This document shows, in pieces, positions 57,932 through 64,000 of a stretch of 64,000 bases of DNA. Position 1 is the stretch's first letter, and each line of letters begins with the position of its first letter. A program made the position numbers and the translations under genes. Origin of the DNA: Lobosporangium transversale (Eukaryota); contig NW_019029008.1 of NCBI RefSeq assembly GCF_002105155.1, positions 186,001 through 250,000 of the forward strand, given 5' to 3'. The notes under the pieces are model-generated. The model saw only the letters and a program-made list of their open reading frames with translations. It had not been told where the DNA came from and did no database searches.

Positions 57932-59053
57932 CGCGTCAAGAGAGTACAATGAAACCCCTTTAGTTAGCTCCCAAACGCGATAAACGCTATGATGAGAAAC
58001 AGAAGAGTAAATAAACAAATAAAAAAACCTCTTACCTGCAATGATCGGGTGATCTTTCTCCTGTCATTTTCATGCCACTTATTTGCCATAATAGGATCTA
58101 CTTCCTGTAGCTTCTTATATAATGTTAGGGTATCAGACTCTTTTAGGAATTTCTCATGAATACTGATCTGCTCTTGTTGCTCTGCTTCTGATAACATGCC
58201 AGGATTCTTTTTAGTATCCAAAAGCGTGTCACGCCAAAGAAGGGACTGAATGTAATAATGTGTGCCTCCGACGATTACAGGTATGTGCTTCCGGCCATGA
58301 ATTTGTTTGATCTTAGTTATTGGGTGTGGATAAAAAAAGAGAGAGAGAGAGAGAGTTAATTGAGTTCAAAACCTTTCATTTTTCTTCTTTTTCTTCATTT
58401 CTTGGATAGTTAAATGTATGCGGCCAAGGGAAAGTCATTCAAATCAATTATTTCTATACCAAGTCAAGAGCATCGGCTTTAAAATCCAAAACTGAGTACT
58501 CGCGATCCATTGGGAGGAAATCTATCAAATGATGAACAATATTCTCGCGTTCCTCTATGGGCATCTTATTAGTGATGATATCCAGTCCCTTATAGACCTG
58601 TTTGTACATAATGCAGGACAAACATGTTAGTTTTTTTTTATATATTTTGTTAAAATTTAAAGCACTAAGGAATTGCTGAGAATAATAAAAGTGATCTTTA
58701 TTTTTTTCTTATTCTTCTTTATTCATACTACTGTGATATAGTACCTGTAAGGCATCAGCATTGATAACTTCTCCATCAAGTTCTTTGGCGAGTTGAATAG
58801 ACAGATTTGATTTCCCAACACCTGTGGTCCCAATGACCGCTATCACTCCCGGTTCCATATCCTGTTTTCCTGTGTATTGCCCAGTCGCGCTACCACTATT
58901 ATATCTTATTGTCCTTTGCACCTTATTCACTGCAGCGGTTCTCGCTCCACAATGAACTAATTTCTGGATGTTGTCTAGCGTGCTTCTGGGTTTTAATGGT
59001 GAGCAGTAGGCAAATTGCAATATCTTTTGTGTCGCAGTTCGCCAATGATGCAT
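56140..59053 (-). CDS. MOD5: tRNA dimethylallyltransferase (tRNA isopentenyltransferase) with C-terminal zinc finger
   Basis: [13 protein letters not shown]...[99 protein letters not shown]...[10 protein letters not shown]. About 11 exons. Confidence 0.95.
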
Positions 59054-59333
59054 GTGTAAAAGAGTCTGTCTAAATCATTTATGACCAAATGCGTGGCATG
59101 ATTTACAGATTGTTGAACAAAAAAAAAAAAAAAAAAAGGCACGTGACAAATCAATCAGTAAAGCTGACCTGGATGTAAAGCTTTCTGCCCTCAGTTCTAC
59201 GCTTTGGCTTTGGCTCTGAGATTCTCATGCTCAATAGATGTCTTTTATTTAAGGAGTTATCTAAGGTTTTGTGTATAGTGCACATGGTTTGTCAATTGTC
59301 AATTGCCTTGCCAGTCTACTAGGCTCGTCACCA

Positions 59334-59880
59334 GCGCCATCCCGTTTGTCTAAAGGGTAAGTGGATAATGAAGGCTTCGTTCATAAAGGATGAATTATTG
59401 TAAAAATACTCAATAGATATGATATTTTCATTACAAGGCAAAATTCCTTTCACTTGATTGACATTCGACTCTTTTCTTCATGCTCGAACCTCGACGATCC
59501 TCCTGCATATGCGGTATTGATATCAGTTTTTATGATACGCTGTCCCACATGTTTTAAATATCAAGGTACTGCCTTGGCATTCTGACCATTGTTGATAACG
59601 AGCTTCTGAGCCTTAAGCTTGACGTGTATGTCGCCTGGAACCATGAAACAGGGGAATGTGATATTGTCACTTTTCTCCGAGATTTGATCGGTTTCTCTTC
59701 AAGCAGGATCCAGTAATATTACCAATCATCTCCTTGAATGCTTGCTTGATCGGATGCTCCTCTGATGTGACCTGGAATGGCTTGTTGGGCCCCAACACAA
59801 AACTAATAGGTGGAAAGATAGGGATAGACAGTAGAAACAACTTGCCACTGCTTGAAAAAATTCCGATAATGCAGCTGCGG
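59334..59880 (-). pseudogene. 5'-truncated, decayed copy B of the NTPase-REase gene (nuclease C-terminus plus 3' flank)
   Basis: Collinear with about 50613-51170, e.g. tgcttgcttgatcggatg, cttgttggg, gtagaaacaacttg, gtctaaagggtaagtggataatga. Carries indels and an in-frame TGA. Confidence 0.85.
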
Positions 59881-60104
59881 CAATCCGCTTGGCGTGCTCA
59901 CTTCTCCTTGCTCAGGTTTTCTGAATAGCGATATTTTAATTTATTAGTCTTATATTACAAAAATTGCGTCTATGCCATTGTCATAAACAATGGCGTAAAA
60001 AGAAGTAAAAGAAACGATCGCTCCTTTTTCCTTGGTCTTTTATCCCTGCTTGACCTATTGCGCTTGTCGTCCTCCGCTTGAGTCAACTCATTTTTTCTTT
60101 TATT

Positions 60105-61860
60105 TCATCCGCTGGGTTTGCTCAACTCTTCCTTATTCTCCATAGCTTGAGCTTTATCGACAATTCTCTTTGATGTCCTCCTTGCCTGTGGTTCTTTGCG
60201 CTTGCTTCCTTCTCCCTCATCCTCCATAACTCGAGTCAACTCTGACTTCTCGAGGGACTCCCTTGCGCTTTCAAGGAAGTTCAACCAGCTAATTTTAAGC
60301 ACGTCGTTTCTATTCGTTTGTCTTTGATGGCAGGAACTTCTTTGACTTTAGCTACTGAATAATCACCCTATTCGTGATAAGACAACATGATAAGACAACA
60401 TGATAATGCAACGTGATAAGGCAACGTGATAAGGCCTAAACAACAGCAACAGGGATATGTCATTCGAGCAAAAGCCGGGTAGAGAGGACGGTGATGAGAG
60501 GTGTTCCTTGATGCAGTTATGGCAAGTTGTATTATGTCCTTAATTCTTGACCTTATCGCCGATTTTTGACTGTATGGAAACGGGGTAATATTTACCCTCC
60601 GATTCCAGTACAAAGACGATATCTGGTCCAGACGGGTTCTCTCTTAGAAACAAAAAAAAAAAAGCGAGATTAACTTGGATTCATGTATTGAGTCTTTGTT
60701 ACAGTGAGTATCCAAGAATTCGTTCATTGTTATAGTTCTGGAAGATTGGAATTAACAAAGCGGGACTGAAATACTCAAAATGTGTGCCCTTTGTGCCAGA
60801 CGTAGGGGCGTCTAACAACACACTATTAACCAATTTACACAATCCAGGGTCATCCACTTCAAACAAGTTAATTGCTGCTATAAATGCAATTGGCTCAACG
60901 ATAATTGTAAACTCCTTCTTCCTTTGATTAACGACAATTCGAGCAAACGAAGCCTCGACCGGAACAAGCTCTTTGTACTCCAATATCAAGTCTTTACCAT
61001 ATAGTAATCCATTCTTTACGGCTCGACCGAAGGTTTCCCTGATGTCGACACTGCTTTTAATTCCTGCATCCCCTTTGTTAATACACTCCAGAATTCTAGA
61101 TTACTCATGGCATAGGTTACCAGATTCTTTATATCCTGGATCAGTGAGCGACGACACCAGGTCCTTGATTTCTTGCTTCCAAAGGCCTGCATCGGCACAC
61201 CCAATGACGTTTTCTATTATAGTGATCATTGGACGGAAACGACCACAGGACCAAGCATATAGCATCTCGATTGCTTGATCATTAAAATGGTCTTTCAGCT
61301 TTGATGCAGAGCTTGAGGAACTTTGTTTCTCCAAATATCGTACAAGTGTCTTGAAGTGTCCTGGATGGAACCGAGTTTCCTCAATGAACTTCTCCAAGGA
61401 CCTGTGGACACACTTACAGTAGCATCCATTGGCTAGGCGTCATTCTACCTTCGGACAAACTCAAACAATATAACAAGATAGACACACGAACAAGGAGCAG
61501 GCAGGTAGTGGTCGACATAGCAATATTAGTGTTTACCGATAAGTTAACACCAGCCCCAAGATTGACAGAAGTAATCAAAGACCAGACATCATCTGATCCG
61601 CGATCATCTTGACCAGCATTGAAACAAAATCCTCAGTTTTGGGAGAGTGTGTCCATGACTGTTCGAGTCTTTCCACAGCCAGATGCTCCAAAAAGTAGGC
61701 AAAAGCTGAGACTATACGACGAAATATGTGCAAGAATCTCTTTTGCCTTGTTATTAGGATCGCAGTTCATATAAGAGCCATCCAAACCAGGAAGGTCAAA
61801 GAATAGGAGTGGCGATCTATGTGTCGCCTCTCTTTTCCTGAGTGAAATCGACGCCAAGCA
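60105..61860 (-). pseudogene. Relic of a second Crinkler-like NTPase family (LFGxSGCGKTR type)
   Basis: SPLLFFDLP...LLFGASGCGKTRTVMDTLSQN*GFCFNAGQDDRGSDD (probable TGG>TGA), GRFRPMITIIE...WKQEI, VEASFARI...IVEPIAFIAAINLF, GTHFE. Multiple stops and frameshifts. Confidence 0.7.
60374..60435. repeat. 13-bp tandem repeat, about 4.8 copies (RTGATAAKRCAAC)
   Basis: gtgataagacaac atgataagacaac atgataatgcaac gtgataaggcaac gtgataaggc. Confidence 0.9.
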
Positions 61861-62995
61861 TCTGGGAAGCCTGACATTGTGCCGTCTGTTACTGGTAATT
61901 TAACGTTGCCATAAATATATGCCTTGGTAAACTCAGACCAATCCTTAGAATAAAATTCTTTCTCATTGCTGTTAAACCGTTTATTGACTATGAGTATTTG
62001 AGATACACAAGTCAGTAAAAAGGGTAAATTGCATTTTTGTTTATGTTCTTCAAGGGGTTCACGAAAACCAAACTACAATTAACCGCCTATGATCACAAGG
62101 CACAGAACATTTGGTGAGATTATAAACAAGCGTGGATATCCCAGACATCAAGAACCTTTTCCTCCTAATCTCCCATCCGTCTAGCATAGCTCCCAAGGTA
62201 ATTGATGTGAGAGGGAATGATTCTGGCGAGATTGATACCCTCAACAGCATGTAGCATTAATATACCGAGAACTATTAATATATTGACGACACAATCCAAT
62301 ATTGTATCACATTTTACTGGTCAAGCGCGTGGCAGCCTTGGCCAAATTCTTGGTGTTTTTTTATTCCATGTTCCTGGGCGCCTAGAGATTCAAGACGCAC
62401 CGCCTTCACATATTGATACTAAATTGGCCGAACATACAATTAATATGATCCCATTGGTCACAGGTTGCCACTTGCGGAAGACCCATCAATTATCATCATC
62501 TAGGGCTCCAGAACGTTTACCGGGAGCTAGGATGACAGCTCCGCTCTAAAGACATAAATGTCGTTTTAGCCCCATGGTGCGTGCACGGGATGGCAAGCAT
62601 CCAGATGACAAAGCATATGAGAAAGGATAATTTCCTATGCCAGCTGTCCTGGTGATAATAATATGATTTTGGGTCTCATCATCAGACTCTCACTGGGTTC
62701 TCCACAGGATCCTTCATTTCTATCCGTTCTTACAAAACTCTTTGGTAATAGTATCACAAAATTCCGCCCTTTCTTGCACACAAGATCGCATGATGATCAC
62801 AGGAAGCTTTATAAAGTCCTAAATGCCCCAGTAGAAGGGAGGACTGATTAAACCACACTATCTATTCGTCTAAAAGGTAAGTGGATAATGATGGCTTCAT
62901 TCATAAAGGATGTACTATTGTAAAAAACCCTCAAGGAACAGGTATAATGCTTTTCTTTTACATGACAAATTTCATCCACTTAATTGGTATTCGAT

Positions 62996-64000
62996 TTAAT
63001 TCTTCAGGTTCGTACCGCCTGAATATACAACATTGATGTCGATTTTTATGACACGCTGTCTTACATGTTTCAAGCATCCAGGTATTGTCTTGGTATCCTG
63101 ATCATCGTTTATAACAAACCTCTGAGCCTTAAAATTGTCATATATGTATCCTGGTACCAGAAAGTAGAGGAAAATGGTATCATCACTTCCATTCGACTTT
63201 GATCGGTTTCCTTTCGAATCTGATCGGTTTCCCTTCGGGCAGGGTCCAGTAATATAATCAATTATATCCTTAAATGGTGCTTGCTTGATCGGATGATTCT
63301 CTGATACTGTGACCTGAAATAGCTTGTTGGGTCCCAATGCAAAATCGATGCACGGAAAGTTGGGTAAAGATGGTAGAAACAACTTGTCTGTTGTTTTGGA
63401 GAATGTTGAAAAATCTGCTGCAGTCTTGGTAAATAATACTTCCGAGTCCCTCGGGAGATCAAAGAATCCTGTTTCGTCTGACTGAAGATCCTTAAATGGA
63501 AACCGAAGTCCACCACATCGAATTAAATAGTGAACATAGAGTTCAAACGAAGGTCCTTTTTTTATTTCACTGCCAGCTTTGGCAAGTCGCTTCAACTCGT
63601 CGATCCAAGTCTGATCTTGTAATTCCATGATGATACGTGATCGAACATAAGGAGATGCCCATACCAGGTGGAAGCGGAGGTGGTCAGAAGTGGGGACTCT
63701 ATGGAGTAAATGACTACCCGCTTTATCTCCTGGAATAAAGAGGTCAAAAAGATCTCCTGGGGACTGGAGTAGGCCAATGGCATCATTGACACACTGAAAC
63801 GCAGTCTCTCTAGCACCGTCAATATCTTTTTGATTTCTGCATAGTACATCAGATGGACCCTGTAGGACCTGTCTTGGCACACCCCCCAAGTTGCAAAAGA
63901 GCTCCTCCAAAAATTCTTCATCCATTCGATGATAATGCTCTACATTGGCTCTACATTCCTTAAGCTCGTCCAAAGTCCATATTGACATGTGATAGTAGCT
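62996..64000 (-). CDS. Crinkler/RHS-type NTPase-REase protein, copy C (3' part; 5' end beyond the window)
   Basis: Open frame near-identical to the C-terminal half of copy A, with the same stop context and 3' flank. Confidence 0.85.
   Translation of the reverse strand, partial: SYYHMSIWTLDELKECRANVEHYHRMDEEFLEELFCNLGGVPRQVLQGPSDVLCRNQKDIDGARETAFQCVNDAIGLLQSPGDLFDLFIPGDKAGSHLLHRVPTSDHLRFHLVWASPYVRSRIIMELQDQTWIDELKRLAKAGSEIKKGPSFELYVHYLIRCGGLRFPFKDLQSDETGFFDLPRDSEVLFTKTAADFSTFSKTTDKLFLPSLPNFPCIDFALGPNKLFQVTVSENHPIKQAPFKDIIDYITGPCPKGNRSDSKGNRSKSNGSDDTIFLYFLVPGYIYDNFKAQRFVINDDQDTKTIPGCLKHVRQRVIKIDINVVYSGGTNLKN

Noticed and set aside
60374..60435. Short direct repeats considered as a CRISPR array
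   Set aside because: Head-to-tail 13-mers without spacers, eukaryotic context and no cas genes.

Overview
Eukaryotic, intron-rich fungal DNA. The gene families and style point to Mortierellaceae (Mucoromycota); this is inference, not a database hit. Introns are short GT-AG, and 20-35 nt poly(A)/poly(T) runs fill introns and intergenic DNA. Housekeeping-type genes: a partial membrane protein, a Mid2/Wsc-like surface sensor, KRR1, a ZCCHC9-like zinc-knuckle protein, an FAD-dependent monooxygenase, U2SURP/SR140, CCDC97, an MGRN1/RNF157-like RING ligase, a RalGAP-alpha-like Rap/Ran-GAP protein and a tRNA isopentenyltransferase (MOD5/TRIT1). Accessory DNA between them holds two secreted beta-trefoil (ricin-B-like) paralogues, a dead PIF/Harbinger transposase whose C-terminal half is inverted, and at least six Crinkler/RHS-like P-loop NTPase (+ nuclease) genes or relics. 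The most notable structure is at 50.6-64 kb. Three same-strand copies of one intronless, header-less NTPase-REase gene bracket the tRNA-IPT gene and share nearly the same 3' boundary. The two open copies share a 505-nt block with a single mismatch over the nuclease domain, while the adjacent upstream block is about 11% diverged. Exon boundaries and mismatch counts were read by eye.
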